Shown here piece after piece: positions 1-10,103 of a stretch of DNA of 64,000 nt (positions are counted from its first letter, which is position 1; every line of letters begins with the position of its first letter). The stretch covers positions 2,749-66,748 of the forward strand of contig JAUNGU010000002.1 in NCBI GenBank assembly GCA_030524315.1, read 5' to 3'. Source of the stretch: Peptococcaceae bacterium. Its GTDB lineage: Bacteria; Bacillota; Peptococcia; Peptococcales; Peptococcaceae. A program made the position numbers and the translations under genes. The notes under the pieces were generated by a model. The model was not told the DNA's origin, searched no databases, and saw nothing but the letters and a program-made list of their open reading frames with translations.

Positions 1-1449
1 TGTGTGTTGTCAGATGTGCCAGAGGACGATACACCTACTCAAAATGAGAACATCAATCTCATCCTGAGCCATGAAGAAGGTGATCTCAGTGCAGATAAAT
101 TGCCGTATGATAAAGTGTACTCTCCGTTGAGAATGCCGAAAGGCTGGGAGTTGACCTTACCAGACAATGCACTCGAGTTGACCTGCTTGCTTTATGGTGG
201 TGCCATTCGTAGACCGGCGCTTGTTCTGGCCGATGACAGTGGAAAATATCATCGCGTAGAAATTTATCGGACAAAGCATGATGCGGCACCAATGGCTGTC
301 CTGGAAAAAGATCGTTTCTACACAGATGTATTGGATGAGGTTGTCATTGAAGGAAAATCTATCAAAACAAACCGTCACATGAAACTGATGGATTTGGATG
401 AAGAAACAGGAAAATGCCGCATTTATTTTGGTGGTGCGATGGATATTGGTAAGGATGATTTATGGCACCCACGATATCTCAAAACCAAAATCAATGAAAA
501 TGTCGGACCTGTACCAGCAACATCAATGGTTGATGCGTCGGAAGAAGGACTGGTCAATACGGTGCTGTTGCCAACCTTTGAACATTATGTGGACTGGCAG
601 GCAAAAGCCTTGGAATATCTAATTGAAGCAGAGCAATATGATGTTGTCTTCTCTCATCTGCATAACGTAGATACATTTGGTCATTTATTCTGGTATTTTG
701 CAAAGCCGAGAGAAGGCCTAGGCAATGATGCAACATTGTATCAAAATGCGATGAAAAAAGCGTACATTGATACAGATAGATATCTGGGACATTTTCTCCC
801 ATTATTAGAAGACGATTGGACCATTCTCCTTGTATCTGATCATGGGCTGTTGACACCGCCAGAGGATACCATTCCGCTGCTTGGGGATGGCTTTGGATGC
901 AATATCCGTGTGCTTGAGGACCTGGGGTACACCGTCTTGAAAAAGGACGCAGAGGGCAATGAGCTGCGAGAAATTGATTACAGCAAAACGAGAGCTGTTG
1001 CAAACCGTGGCAATCATATTTATCTCAATATTAAAGGCAGAGAACCACAAGGGATTGTTGATCCCGCTGAGAAATATGAATTGGAAAGACAAATTATTGA
1101 CGATCTCTATAGTTATCGCCAAGATGGAAAACGTGTTGTATCCTTGGCCGTGCGAAATAAAGAAGCAGCAATTTTTGGTTTGAATGGAGATGAGAGTGGC
1201 GACATTATTTATTGGCTCGAGGAAGGTTTTAACAGGTTGCATGGCGACTCGTTACCAACCTTTGAAGGCATGTATATGACCAGCGTTTCCCCAATTTTTG
1301 CGGCAGCAGGTGTTGGTGTAAAGAAAAATTTTGTGACCACACGTGTTATTCGCACAATTGATGTGACTCCTACCATAGCGACAATTTTAGGATTGCGAAT
1401 GCCAGCTGAGTGCGAGGGTGCACCAGCATATCAGATTTTGAATGTCTGA
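1..1449 (+). CDS. alkaline-phosphatase-superfamily type I phosphodiesterase / nucleotide pyrophosphatase-like protein, 5' end outside window
   Basis: Frame is open from the window edge (ORF track 4..1449). Segments FSHLHNVDTFGH and LLVSDHGL resemble metal-ligand regions of this superfamily. Clear paralog of the CDS at 62038..64000; aligning the two suggests roughly 190 N-terminal residues lie upstream of the window. Confidence 0.8.
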   Translation, partial: CVLSDVPEDDTPTQNENINLILSHEEGDLSADKLPYDKVYSPLRMPKGWELTLPDNALELTCLLYGGAIRRPALVLADDSGKYHRVEIYRTKHDAAPMAVLEKDRFYTDVLDEVVIEGKSIKTNRHMKLMDLDEETGKCRIYFGGAMDIGKDDLWHPRYLKTKINENVGPVPATSMVDASEEGLVNTVLLPTFEHYVDWQAKALEYLIEAEQYDVVFSHLHNVDTFGHLFWYFAKPREGLGNDATLYQNAMKKAYIDTDRYLGHFLPLLEDDWTILLVSDHGLLTPPEDTIPLLGDGFGCNIRVLEDLGYTVLKKDAEGNELREIDYSKTRAVANRGNHIYLNIKGREPQGIVDPAEKYELERQIIDDLYSYRQDGKRVVSLAVRNKEAAIFGLNGDESGDIIYWLEEGFNRLHGDSLPTFEGMYMTSVSPIFAAAGVGVKKNFVTTRVIRTIDVTPTIATILGLRMPAECEGAPAYQILNV

Positions 1450-1501
1450 TGCAGTTCAAGTACTTACATAGTATTTATGTCGATATAAAGGGGGAGATGG
1501 C

Positions 1502-2944
1502 ATGACGACGCAGGCAAAAAGAAAAACCGGATACGTGCATGTTGCCATCATGTTTTTGCTGACTTTTGGCACAGGTTTTTTGCCACCGGTGGGACAGATT
1601 ACTGACATCGGGATGCGTGTTTTAGGGGTTTTTCTCGGGCTTCTCTACGGCTGGATTTTTATAGATCTGTTGTGGACAAGTATTTTTGGTTTTGTTGCAC
1701 TTGGTTTGACAGGATATTCAACTGTTTTGGCAAGCTTCCAAGGCGGTTTTGGTGACAGTAATTTTGTTCTTTGCCTGATCGGCTCCATTTTTGCTGGTGC
1801 ATTGACAGCCATGGGTGTAACAGATACGATTGCATATTGGATTTTGAGTAAAAAGATTTTCATCGGAAAACCATGGTTGTTAATAGGTGCGATTTGCGCA
1901 GCAGCCATTCTAATGGGTTTGGCACAGGGCGGATTTGCAACTGTATTCTTGCTTTGGTCCATCGTCAGCTCTATTTGCCACATTAATGGATACAAAAAGG
2001 GCGATCGCATTGTCAGCATGATGATCGCATTTGTCGTCTACTTTGCGCTTACGGCACCTAACGTTGTACCGTTTTATCCAGGCCCTATTTTGTACTATGG
2101 ATTTATGGCCAATACTGTGAATGTTGCTCTGGAGGTAGGGCCGTTCTTCATCCTTGGTTTGCTGTATTTGTGCCTGTGTGCAGTATTTCTGGTGCTTGCA
2201 TCAAAATATATTTTGCGAATTGACGCGTCACATTTTACGACAACGGAGGAAATGTGCGAAAAATATAAGCAGCATAAGGCAACAAAGTATCAAAAAGCGA
2301 GTTTGATTCTTCTGGTTGTATTGTTTGCAGTGCTTCTAGTGCCAGAGGTTGTGACAAGTTTGCCAGGAAGAGATGTTTTTCGAAGTATTGGCATGGCTGG
2401 ATTTTCGACAATATATATGGTAATTTTCGTCATTTGGAAAGATGACGAAGGCCAATCGATATTAAACTTGGAAAAGGCCTTCTCCAATATTCCATGGACA
2501 ACGATGATGCTGTTGGCAGTGACCTACCCTTTGGCAGCGGCAATGGAATCTGAAGATATTGGTATTACAGCGACTGTCAATCAGGTATTGGTACCGCTGA
2601 TGGAGAACTTAGATGTTACTGTCCTAGTTATTTTGGCAATGCTCATTTTGGGCACGATTACACAGTTCATGCATAATATTGTCATGGGTGCCATATTCTT
2701 GCCAATTATTGCGCCGCAAGTGATGGCGATGGGTGGCAGTGTGCAAGTTTTGTTCATGATGCTCTATCTTTCCTTGATGTGTGCCTATGTCACACCGGCT
2801 GGTAGCATGATGGCTGGCCTAGTATTTGGACACAAGGAGATGGTCCGAAAGGATGCGTTCCTGTTTGGGGCCTGTTTCTTGATAGTCAATTTCTTGGTAC
2901 TGCTTTGTCTGATGCCGCTAGGAAATCTTTTGTTTACAAGTTAG
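1502..2944 (+). CDS. polytopic membrane permease (ion/anion transporter superfamily-like, exact family not recognised)
   Basis: 480-aa ORF that is hydrophobic throughout (many predicted TM helices). GGGGAG RBS upstream of the ATG. Sits 52 nt downstream of the phosphodiesterase gene. Confidence 0.6.
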   Translation: MTTQAKRKTGYVHVAIMFLLTFGTGFLPPVGQITDIGMRVLGVFLGLLYGWIFIDLLWTSIFGFVALGLTGYSTVLASFQGGFGDSNFVLCLIGSIFAGALTAMGVTDTIAYWILSKKIFIGKPWLLIGAICAAAILMGLAQGGFATVFLLWSIVSSICHINGYKKGDRIVSMMIAFVVYFALTAPNVVPFYPGPILYYGFMANTVNVALEVGPFFILGLLYLCLCAVFLVLASKYILRIDASHFTTTEEMCEKYKQHKATKYQKASLILLVVLFAVLLVPEVVTSLPGRDVFRSIGMAGFSTIYMVIFVIWKDDEGQSILNLEKAFSNIPWTTMMLLAVTYPLAAAMESEDIGITATVNQVLVPLMENLDVTVLVILAMLILGTITQFMHNIVMGAIFLPIIAPQVMAMGGSVQVLFMMLYLSLMCAYVTPAGSMMAGLVFGHKEMVRKDAFLFGACFLIVNFLVLLCLMPLGNLLFTS

Positions 2945-2957
2945 AATCAAAAAATAT

Positions 2958-3016
2958 GCGCCCTTTATGAGGGACAGTGAAATATAAGCACTGTCGTCAT
3001 AAAGGGCGCTTTTGTG
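2958..3016. terminator. bidirectional intrinsic terminator between convergent permease and CPBP genes
   Basis: GCGCCCTTTATGA...TCATAAAGGGCGC 13-bp stem with inner GACAGTG/CACTGTC, followed by a T-run. Confidence 0.7.
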
Positions 3017-3040
3017 TTTCCCACGGCAATCCCACACTCC

Positions 3041-3667
3041 TCAAAATGCGACGAGCATGGTGGTGATGAAGTTGCCAAGGCCATGGAGGAGGACACTTGG
3101 GAGGAGGGAGCCGTTGTAGAGCTTTTCGTTGAGAGTGGCCAGGAGCAGCGCACCGGTGGCCGTAAAGAAAAATAAGATGAGGTGAGCCCCCAGGCCGATG
3201 GAGATGCCAGCAATGAGGTAGATCGCGTTATGCATGATGCCAAAGAGCCCTGCTTGCAGGAGAATACCGCCAGTGCTGCCAAAATGGGCACAGAGACGTT
3301 TGCAGAGAAAGCCGCGAAAGAAGATTTCTTCTGCGAGGCCGTTGGCAATGAAGTTTTGAATCAGAGCCGGCAGGATGGCGGCTGCGCCGATGCCGGCGAA
3401 GGCGTTGGCAGAGACAGAATCACTGCTTTCCAGTGCCTCCAGGGTGTCAGCGCTGAACAGCTGGGTAAAATCAAAGCTGTAGAAGAAATAATAGAGCGCG
3501 GCAAAGAGCAACAGAAGCCACCATTTGCTTTGCAGTTGTGGCCGGTACAAACCGATCCAACGCCAAAAGGTTGTTTCGCGCCGATGTCGAAAAAACCACC
3601 AAAGGACAGGTAGTATGGAAAAGATGACTAGATTTGAAAATGCAGTTTGGACTGCGGATAAAATCAT
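3041..3667 (-). CDS. CPBP family intramembrane glutamic endopeptidase (CAAX protease-like)
   Basis: Motifs EEIFFRGF, FGIMH and HGLGN in a TM-rich protein. Start moved to the internal ATG at 3667, which follows AAAGGAAGG by 5 nt. The ORF-track start at 3772 would overlap the upstream gene. Confidence 0.85.
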   Translation of the reverse strand: MILSAVQTAFSNLVIFSILPVLWWFFRHRRETTFWRWIGLYRPQLQSKWWLLLLFAALYYFFYSFDFTQLFSADTLEALESSDSVSANAFAGIGAAAILPALIQNFIANGLAEEIFFRGFLCKRLCAHFGSTGGILLQAGLFGIMHNAIYLIAGISIGLGAHLILFFFTATGALLLATLNEKLYNGSLLPSVLLHGLGNFITTMLVAF

Positions 3668-3728
3668 CAGAACCTTCCTTTCAAGTGAATAAAAAAATAC
3701 CGCACCTGAGGGCGCGGTGGGTGTTGCA

Positions 3729-4148
3729 TTAGTCGAATTTTTCATCCAGCGGTTGGCTTGGCTGGTTAACAATGACGAGGGCGTTGCCAGCGGCCAGGAG
3801 GGTGGCGGAGCCGTGGAGGGCGAGCTTGACTTCCTCTGGCTCGTTTAATGCGTCGATGCCGTCTGGCTCGACGATGGTGACGTTGGCGACTTTTTTGAGC
3901 TTGGCCCAGTAGAGGTAGCCTGCTGGGTCAAAGACTGGGCCTTCGTCTTTTTTCTTTTTTGATTTGGACGCTTCTTCTTCGGCAGGTTCTTCAACCACTG
4001 GTGGTTCCTTGGCGGAGAGCTTTTCGTCACCAGCGGCAGAGACGAAGACCTTGACGTCCTTTTCGCTCAGGCCTCTGTGGAAGCAGTCTTCAACGCCGTG
4101 CAGGGCATGGGCGGCGTCGGTGAAATTGCCTTGTACAAATACATACAT
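3729..4148 (-). CDS. hypothetical protein with central Glu/Lys-rich linker
   Basis: 139-aa ORF immediately downstream of alr on the same strand, with GAGGAG-type RBS. No family recognised. Confidence 0.55.
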   Translation of the reverse strand: MYVFVQGNFTDAAHALHGVEDCFHRGLSEKDVKVFVSAAGDEKLSAKEPPVVEEPAEEEASKSKKKKDEGPVFDPAGYLYWAKLKKVANVTIVEPDGIDALNEPEEVKLALHGSATLLAAGNALVIVNQPSQPLDEKFD

Positions 4149-4238
4149 TGTGCATATCTCCTCTTTCGTTTCGCGTTTGATTGGTTCTTATCAATATTTT
4201 ACTAGAGAGGGCAAAAGCCTGTCAACCGCAAAGCGCCG

Positions 4239-5432
4239 CTAGTCCAGGAGATACTGGCGGATCTTGACGATCTCGCCGTTCTGGCGATAGACGCGGGGCA
4301 CGCGGCGATTGATGCCGCAGAAAATTTCGTGGGGGATGGTCGGAATGCGCGCGACGACCTCCTCGATAGGAATGCAGTCGTCCCCTTGGCGGCCGATGAT
4401 GACGACCTCGTCGCCGATTTGCACATCTGGGATGCCGGTGACGTTGATCATGCACTGGTCCATGCAGATGCGGCCGACGATGGGCGCGCGCTGGCCGTGG
4501 ACGAGGACCTCGTCGTTGTTGGAAAGGAGCCGCTGGAAGCCGTCGGCGTAGCCCAAGGGCAGCGTGGCGATGACCTCGCCCTCGGTCTGGGTGGCGTAGG
4601 TGCCGCCGTAGCTGATGCGCTCGCCCTTGGCCTCGCGCTTGACGTTGACGATGCGGCATTTGAGGCTCAGCGCTGGACGCACGTCGATGTTGTCGTTTTG
4701 GGTTTCGCTGCTTGGCATGACGCCGTAGAGAATGATTCCCGGCCGCGCCATGTCGAGAAAATAATCGGGATGGTCGACGATGACGGCGCTATTGGCGCAG
4801 TGGCGAATTTTTGGCACAAGGCCACGCGCTGCCAATCCTTCGAGAAAGAAGCTGTAGCGCTGCCACTGCATGGTGGTGTAGGTCTTGTCGGCTTCGTCGG
4901 CCTTGGCGAAATGGGTGAAGAGGCCGGTGAATTCGAGATTTGGCAGACGCAAAATCGCCGCCACCTCGTCCAGACTCGCCGCGTTTGGCAAAAAGCCGAT
5001 GCGGCCCATGCCCGTGTCCACCTTGATATGGACGTGGGCCGTTTTTTGTTGCGCCATGGCAGCCGCGCTCATCGCCTCGGCCAATTCGCGGGTATAGACC
5101 GCCTGGTCGAGGTCATTGGCGACGATTTCTGCGGCGCGGGTTGGCTCTGTATAGCCCAAAATAAGAATCGGCACGTTGGTGAATCCGGCGCGGCGCAGCT
5201 CAATCGCCTCGTCAAGAAACGCCACACAAAGCCCGTCGGCGCCGTTTGCCAAGAGCGTCGGCACAATTTCCACTGCCCCATGGCCATAGCCGTTGGCCTT
5301 GACCACCGCATACACATGCCGCTCCTCGCCGACGCGCGCACGAATCGCGCGAATCGTATACGCCAGCGCATCCAAATCTACCTCCGCCCACACCGGACGA
5401 ATGGTTTGCAAGAGATTTTCAGAAGACATCAT
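4239..5432 (-). CDS. alr: alanine racemase
   Basis: VVKANGYGHG PLP-lysine motif with full-length similarity to Alr. ATG at 5432 chosen (AAAGGG 8 nt upstream) rather than the TTG at 5453. Confidence 0.95.
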   Translation of the reverse strand: MMSSENLLQTIRPVWAEVDLDALAYTIRAIRARVGEERHVYAVVKANGYGHGAVEIVPTLLANGADGLCVAFLDEAIELRRAGFTNVPILILGYTEPTRAAEIVANDLDQAVYTRELAEAMSAAAMAQQKTAHVHIKVDTGMGRIGFLPNAASLDEVAAILRLPNLEFTGLFTHFAKADEADKTYTTMQWQRYSFFLEGLAARGLVPKIRHCANSAVIVDHPDYFLDMARPGIILYGVMPSSETQNDNIDVRPALSLKCRIVNVKREAKGERISYGGTYATQTEGEVIATLPLGYADGFQRLLSNNDEVLVHGQRAPIVGRICMDQCMINVTGIPDVQIGDEVVIIGRQGDDCIPIEEVVARIPTIPHEIFCGINRRVPRVYRQNGEIVKIRQYLLD

Positions 5433-5618
5433 CCACCAAACCCTTTCTCTCAAAGACTGAAATGTAAAAATATTCTTAGCTACAGTATAGCAAACAATCG
5501 GGATGAGTACAAAATTGCGGGGGAAGAAAGACGTTTATCTTCGCTTGGTCATCTATTATAATGAGGAGAAAGGTTGCGTTAAGAAAATTATTTTACAGAC
5601 ACAAAGGAGGTGCTCGAT

Positions 5619-6656
5619 TTGTCAAAGCACAACAATGACATCACCATTCGCTCGAGTGCAGCGGAATATCTGACCTATGTGGCGACCGTTGGCGACCAGC
5701 AGGACAGTATTGAGATGCGGTATGAGGACGAGAATATCTGGCTGACGCAGAAAATGCTGGCGACGTTGTATGATGTGGATGTGCGCACCATTAACTATCA
5801 CATCAAGAAGATATTCGCGGATAGCGAGCTGCAGGAAGAATCAGTCATCCGAAAATTTCGGATAACTGCCGCTGACGGAAAGCGTTATTCGACGAACCAT
5901 TACTCTTTGGAAATGATTATTTCTGTTGGCTTCAAGGTGAATTCCGGGCGTGCTGTGCAGTTTAGAAAATGGGTCAATCAGATTGCGAAGGATTACACCA
6001 TCAAAGGCTGGGTCATGGATGATGAGCGCCTGAAAAATGGTGGAACGGTGTTGACAGAGGCATATTTTGATCAGCTGCTTGAGCAAATTCGCGAGATTCG
6101 GTTGTCTGAACGTCGATTTTATCAAAAGATCACAGACATTTATGCCACCGCCCTCGATTATGACCGCAGCGCAAAAACCACGAAGCAGTTCTTTGCAAAG
6201 GTACAGAACAAGATGCATTATGCAGTCCACGGACACACGGCGGCAGAGTTGATTTATGCGCGTGCAGATGCAGACAAGCCGCATATGGGATTGACCACAT
6301 GGGCCGCTGCGCCGGACGGCAAAATTGTGAAGAGCGATGTCAGTGTTGCGAAAAATTATCTCTCAGAGCAAGAAATGCGTTCCCTCGAGCGCATCGTATC
6401 GGCCTATCTGGATTTGGCCGAAGACCGTGCGGAGCGACATATTCCTATGACCATGGAGGATTGGGCAAAGCGATTGGATTTATTCTTGATGGCAGATGAC
6501 AGGGAGATCCTTCAAGATGCAGGCAAAATCACAGCAGCCATCGCCAAGGCAAAAGCAGAGAGCGAATTTGAAAAATTTCGTATTGTTCAGGACCAGGTTT
6601 ATGTTTCCGATTTCGATATTTTTGTGTTAGAATTAGAAAAAGGTGCGAAAGCGTAA
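5619..6656 (+). CDS. RhuM family virulence-associated protein
   Basis: N-terminal region IRSSAAEYLTYVATVGDQQDSIEMRYEDENIWLTQKMLATLYDV...NYHIKKIF is typical of RhuM. TTG at 5619 lies 8 nt after AAGGAGG (5604-5610); the track's GTG at 5610 overlaps the RBS. Confidence 0.85.
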   Translation: MSKHNNDITIRSSAAEYLTYVATVGDQQDSIEMRYEDENIWLTQKMLATLYDVDVRTINYHIKKIFADSELQEESVIRKFRITAADGKRYSTNHYSLEMIISVGFKVNSGRAVQFRKWVNQIAKDYTIKGWVMDDERLKNGGTVLTEAYFDQLLEQIREIRLSERRFYQKITDIYATALDYDRSAKTTKQFFAKVQNKMHYAVHGHTAAELIYARADADKPHMGLTTWAAAPDGKIVKSDVSVAKNYLSEQEMRSLERIVSAYLDLAEDRAERHIPMTMEDWAKRLDLFLMADDREILQDAGKITAAIAKAKAESEFEKFRIVQDQVYVSDFDIFVLELEKGAKA

Positions 6657-6805
6657 TCTCTTAATAAAGGACCTTTCGGTTTGAGACCCCCTTAGAAAAC
6701 ATGATATGTTTGGGGAGCAGTTCAAATAAGAACGGCTTCGGTTGTTCGTCAATATTTTTAATCAGTTTTTATCTTAAAATTGCCAATGGACATCCTATGG
6801 CAAAC

Positions 6806-6855
6806 AAAACAGCCGCCAGCGCGACGAGAGGGTCGTCGCGCTGGCGGCTGTTTTT
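6806..6855. terminator. bidirectional intrinsic terminator (rhuM / LysR convergent)
   Basis: Perfect 18-bp stem CAGCCGCCAGCGCGACGA / TCGTCGCGCTGGCGGCTG flanked by AAAA and TTTTT. Confidence 0.85.
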
Positions 6856-7746
6856 CTATGCAAAGCTTTCGCGGAGCTCGGCGAGAAATTTTTCGGCGGC
6901 TTTGGATATGATTTGGTAGCGTTTCCAGACGATGCTGGCGCTGGCTTCGATGGCGGGCGCCAGGGGGCGGAAGCAGAGGGGGCTGTCGCCGGTGGTGTTG
7001 ATGAGCTTGTCGAAGCAGATGGCGTAGCCCAGGCCTTCCTCGACGAGGAGGGAGCCGTTGTAGATGAGGTTGTAGGTGGCAAAAATGTTGAGATCGCTGA
7101 CGTCGCGGCCAATCCAGCGGCGCATGGGCCAGCCGTCACGCTCTTCCTGGTGGGAGACGATGAGGGGCTTGTCCCAGAGGTCCTCTGGCGTGATGACCGA
7201 TTTTTCTGCCAGGGGCGCGTCCTTGCGCATGAGCACGCCGAAGCGATCCTTGATGGGCACCTCGAGATAATCGTATTTGCTCGGATCGACGGGTCCGTAA
7301 ACGAGGCCAAAATCGATGAGCCCTTTGTCGAGCTGCTCGGTGACAAATTCGGCGTTGCCGCTAAAAATGTGGTAGTGGATGAGGGGGTATTTTTCCTTGA
7401 GGGTGTCGGCTGCGCGTGCAAAATAGCGGATGATATCGCTTTCACCAGCGCCAATGGCCACGTCTCCAGCGATGACCTCGTCGGCGAGGGTGATTTCGTC
7501 CTCGGCTTTTTTGACGAGGGCGAAAATTTCCTCGGCGCGCTTGCGCAGAATCATGCCCTCGTCGGTGAGCACAACCTTGCGCGAGCCCTTGGTGCCGCGA
7601 ATGAGGAGCTGCTTGCCGAGCTCCTGCTCCAGGCCCTTGAGCTGGGTCGAGAGGGTCGGCTGAGAAAGATGCAGCGATTCTGCCGCCGCAGAAATATTCT
7701 GCTCTCTCGCCACAGCGAGAAAATAGTGTAACACGCGAAGTTCCAT
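6856..7746 (-). CDS. LysR family transcriptional regulator
   Basis: MELRVLHYFLAVAREQNISAAAESLHLSQPTLSTQLKGLE HTH region plus a LysR substrate domain. ATG at 7746 is preceded by AGGAGG. Confidence 0.9.
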   Translation of the reverse strand: MELRVLHYFLAVAREQNISAAAESLHLSQPTLSTQLKGLEQELGKQLLIRGTKGSRKVVLTDEGMILRKRAEEIFALVKKAEDEITLADEVIAGDVAIGAGESDIIRYFARAADTLKEKYPLIHYHIFSGNAEFVTEQLDKGLIDFGLVYGPVDPSKYDYLEVPIKDRFGVLMRKDAPLAEKSVITPEDLWDKPLIVSHQEERDGWPMRRWIGRDVSDLNIFATYNLIYNGSLLVEEGLGYAICFDKLINTTGDSPLCFRPLAPAIEASASIVWKRYQIISKAAEKFLAELRESFA

Positions 7747-7897
7747 GTGATCGCCTCCTGTTGACAAGAGTATAGCACGAAATGCCATAGGTTTTGAAGA
7801 TAGACGGGTTGGATGAATTGCCATACGCTATTGCTTCTGCGCGGCTATCGGCAGATTCCATTCGTGAAACGTATCGATCATCATAGAGTCTAAGTAT

Positions 7898-7926
7898 TTG
7901 CTAAGGAAAAATCTCTGACCTATACT
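7898..7926 (+). promoter_or_regulatory. sigma-70-type promoter TTGCTA-17-TATACT for the operon divergent from the LysR gene
   Basis: TTGCTA at 7898-7903, 17-nt spacer, TATACT at 7921-7926. Lies about 45 nt upstream of the small ORF at 7969. Confidence 0.55.
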
Positions 7927-7968
7927 GAAATCAGAAAAATCCTATTTGATTTGTAAGGAGTGAGCATC

Positions 7969-8070
7969 ATGTTGAAAGCAATCACAGGATGCTTTTGGTT
8001 GATAATTGCTGTCACAGCTTGCGCGGAGGATTGCAGAGGCATCGCTCCCAACGACCGCTATGAATGGTAG
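7969..8070 (+). CDS. candidate small ORF (33 aa) with lipoprotein-type signal peptide
   Basis: MLKAITGCFWLIIAVTACAEDCRGIAPNDRYEW. AAGGAG lies 8 nt upstream of the ATG. Located downstream of the TTGCTA-17-TATACT promoter at 7898-7926. Below the ORF-track size cutoff. Confidence 0.3.
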   Translation: MLKAITGCFWLIIAVTACAEDCRGIAPNDRYEW

Positions 8071-8087
8071 GGTGACATGAGTGAAGG

Positions 8088-8339
8088 ATGTGGATAAGAA
8101 TGAACAATGATAATGTGCAAGCGTCGCTCATACAAAATCTCAGGGACGCCGATTGTAGCCAGCAAACCATCGACGATTTTCTCGCCTTTGACGGCAATAC
8201 AAAGGCCCAGCTCAAGCTTTTGGCCAATCACAGACAACAGCTACTTGACCTCATTCACAAACAAGAACGCTGCATCACCTGCTTGGATTATCTCGTTTGC
8301 CAAATGAACAAGCAGGCGCAGGCAGCGCCCCGTTCATAA
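8088..8339 (+). CDS. small conserved-looking helical protein with CxxC (family not named)
   Basis: 83-aa ORF with IQNLRDADC...QLKLLANHRQQLLDLIHKQERCITCLDYLV. Start is uncertain (ATG at 8088 or 8100). Confidence 0.55.
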   Translation: MWIRMNNDNVQASLIQNLRDADCSQQTIDDFLAFDGNTKAQLKLLANHRQQLLDLIHKQERCITCLDYLVCQMNKQAQAAPRS

Positions 8340-8368
8340 ATATATTCAATCACAAGGAGACGATAATT

Positions 8369-9244
8369 ATGACTCAGAAAAAAGAAATTCGTCGCGGCTT
8401 TTACACTGGCGAACGCCCCCTGTTCCACGAACATGATCTGAAAATTTATGACGCGATTTTTGACGACGGCGAATCCTGTCTCAAGGAATGCCACGACATT
8501 GACCTCTACGGTAGCATGTTCAAATGGAAATATCCGCTGTGGTATTCCAAAAACATTAACGTCAAAAATTGCACCTGGTTTGAGATGGGCCGTGCCGGCG
8601 TCTGGTACACCGAGCACATCACCGTCGAGGATTCGGCCATCGAGGCGCCAAAGAATTTTCGCCGCTGCCATGAAGTGACGCTGCGAAATGTGACCATCCC
8701 AAATGCAGGCGAAACCCTCTGGAGCTGCGACGGCGTGCGCATGGAAAAGGTCATGGCCAAGGGCGATTATTTCGCCATGAACAGCGAGAATATGACTGTG
8801 GACGGCCTGACCCTCTACGGCAACTATTCCTTTGACGGCGCCAAAAATGTAGAGATTCGCAATTCTCACCTGCTCTCCAAGGACGCCTTCTGGAACAGCG
8901 AAAACGTCACCGTTTACGATTCCTTCATTTCCGGCGAATACCTCGGCTGGAATGCCAAGAATTTGACCTTTGTCAACTGCACCATCGAAAGCCTCCAGGG
9001 CTTGTGCTACATTGACAACCTCGTTATGAAAAATTGCACCCTCATCAATACCACCCTGGCCTTTGAATATTCCACGGTGGATGCAGAAATCACCAGTGCT
9101 GTGGACAGTGTTCTCAATCCAACGAGCGGCACCATTGTCGCCGAAAGCATCGGCGAGCTCATCATCGAGCGTGACAAGGTCGATCCGGACAAGACGACCA
9201 TCATCTGTACTGCGGCGCAAAATGACGCGCAAAAAAGCGCCTGA
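8369..9244 (+). CDS. DUF3737-like beta-helix repeat protein
   Basis: MTQKKEIRRGFYTGERPLFHEHDLKIYDAIFDDGESCLKECHDIDLYGSMFKWKYPLWYSKN pattern with repeated NxT/NCT turns. ATG at 8369 follows AAGGAGA. Confidence 0.75.
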   Translation: MTQKKEIRRGFYTGERPLFHEHDLKIYDAIFDDGESCLKECHDIDLYGSMFKWKYPLWYSKNINVKNCTWFEMGRAGVWYTEHITVEDSAIEAPKNFRRCHEVTLRNVTIPNAGETLWSCDGVRMEKVMAKGDYFAMNSENMTVDGLTLYGNYSFDGAKNVEIRNSHLLSKDAFWNSENVTVYDSFISGEYLGWNAKNLTFVNCTIESLQGLCYIDNLVMKNCTLINTTLAFEYSTVDAEITSAVDSVLNPTSGTIVAESIGELIIERDKVDPDKTTIICTAAQNDAQKSA

Positions 9245-9290
9245 GGGATGCGCGCTAAACGCTGATGTTGCCTTCAAAAGGAGGAATCTA

Positions 9291-9587
9291 ATGAAGAAAT
9301 ACGCAATGATGCTGATGAACCCGCGCTTTGCGCCGGATCAACACCGCGCCCATTTTCCGGTGGAGGGCGTGGATAATCAGATTGTTACTGTGCGCAATTT
9401 GGATGAGGCGTTGGCGCAGCTCGAGCGCTTCATCGCCGACGGCGTCGGCGTCCTTGAGCTTTGCGGTGCCTTTGACGGCGCGCCTTATGAGGCGCTAGTC
9501 ACAGCTAGCCGCGGACGGCTGAGCATTGGCCGCGTGACCTACGCGCCCGATCAGGAAGCGGCCATGAACGCCTATTGGGCGAACTAG
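9291..9587 (+). CDS. small hypothetical protein (98 aa)
   Basis: ATG at 9291 follows AAAGGAGG. The upstream part of track ORF 9063..9587 overlaps the preceding gene and is not coding. Confidence 0.6.
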   Translation: MKKYAMMLMNPRFAPDQHRAHFPVEGVDNQIVTVRNLDEALAQLERFIADGVGVLELCGAFDGAPYEALVTASRGRLSIGRVTYAPDQEAAMNAYWAN

Positions 9588-9596
9588 GAGGACGCT

Positions 9597-10088
9597 ATGA
9601 AAAAACAACTCAGCCTTGTTTTGATCCTGTGTGGCCTGCTTGTGCTCGCTGCCTGTGGCAATTCGACCCAGGTGCAGTCGCAGCAGTCGGCAGATGGCGC
9701 TGATGCGTCATCTGCGCCAGTGGCGGCTCCGGAAGGGCAGCGCATCCATGTCAGCGTCGGCGGCCGGGATTTCACCGCCACCCTCGAGGACAACGACGCC
9801 ACGTCGGCGCTTGTGGCGCTCTTGGCAGATGGCGCCATTGGGATTGATATGCGCGATTACTCAGGCTTTGAAAAGGTCGGTGACTTGCCCCAGGCCCTCC
9901 CGGCCGATGACGCGCAGACGAATACTCAGCCGGGCGATCTCGTTCTTTACCAGGGTGATCAGCTCGTCGCCTTCTACGGCGACCACGCCTGGTCCTACAC
10001 GCGCATCGGCCACATCGACAACCTCGACGGCTGGCGCGAGGCCCTCGGCAGCGGTGATGTGACCATGGTGCTGTCGCCGGCACAATGA
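9597..10088 (+). CDS. cyclophilin-like fold lipoprotein
   Basis: Signal peptide with lipobox LAAC. Core FTATLEDNDATSALVALL...PGDLVLYQGDQLVAFYGDH resembles the cyclophilin-like family. Confidence 0.7.
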   Translation: MKKQLSLVLILCGLLVLAACGNSTQVQSQQSADGADASSAPVAAPEGQRIHVSVGGRDFTATLEDNDATSALVALLADGAIGIDMRDYSGFEKVGDLPQALPADDAQTNTQPGDLVLYQGDQLVAFYGDHAWSYTRIGHIDNLDGWREALGSGDVTMVLSPAQ

Positions 10089-10103
10089 TGAAGGAGGATG
10101 CAC

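Noticed and set aside
4329-5561. 410-aa plus-strand ORF
   Set aside because: It is antisense to alanine racemase.
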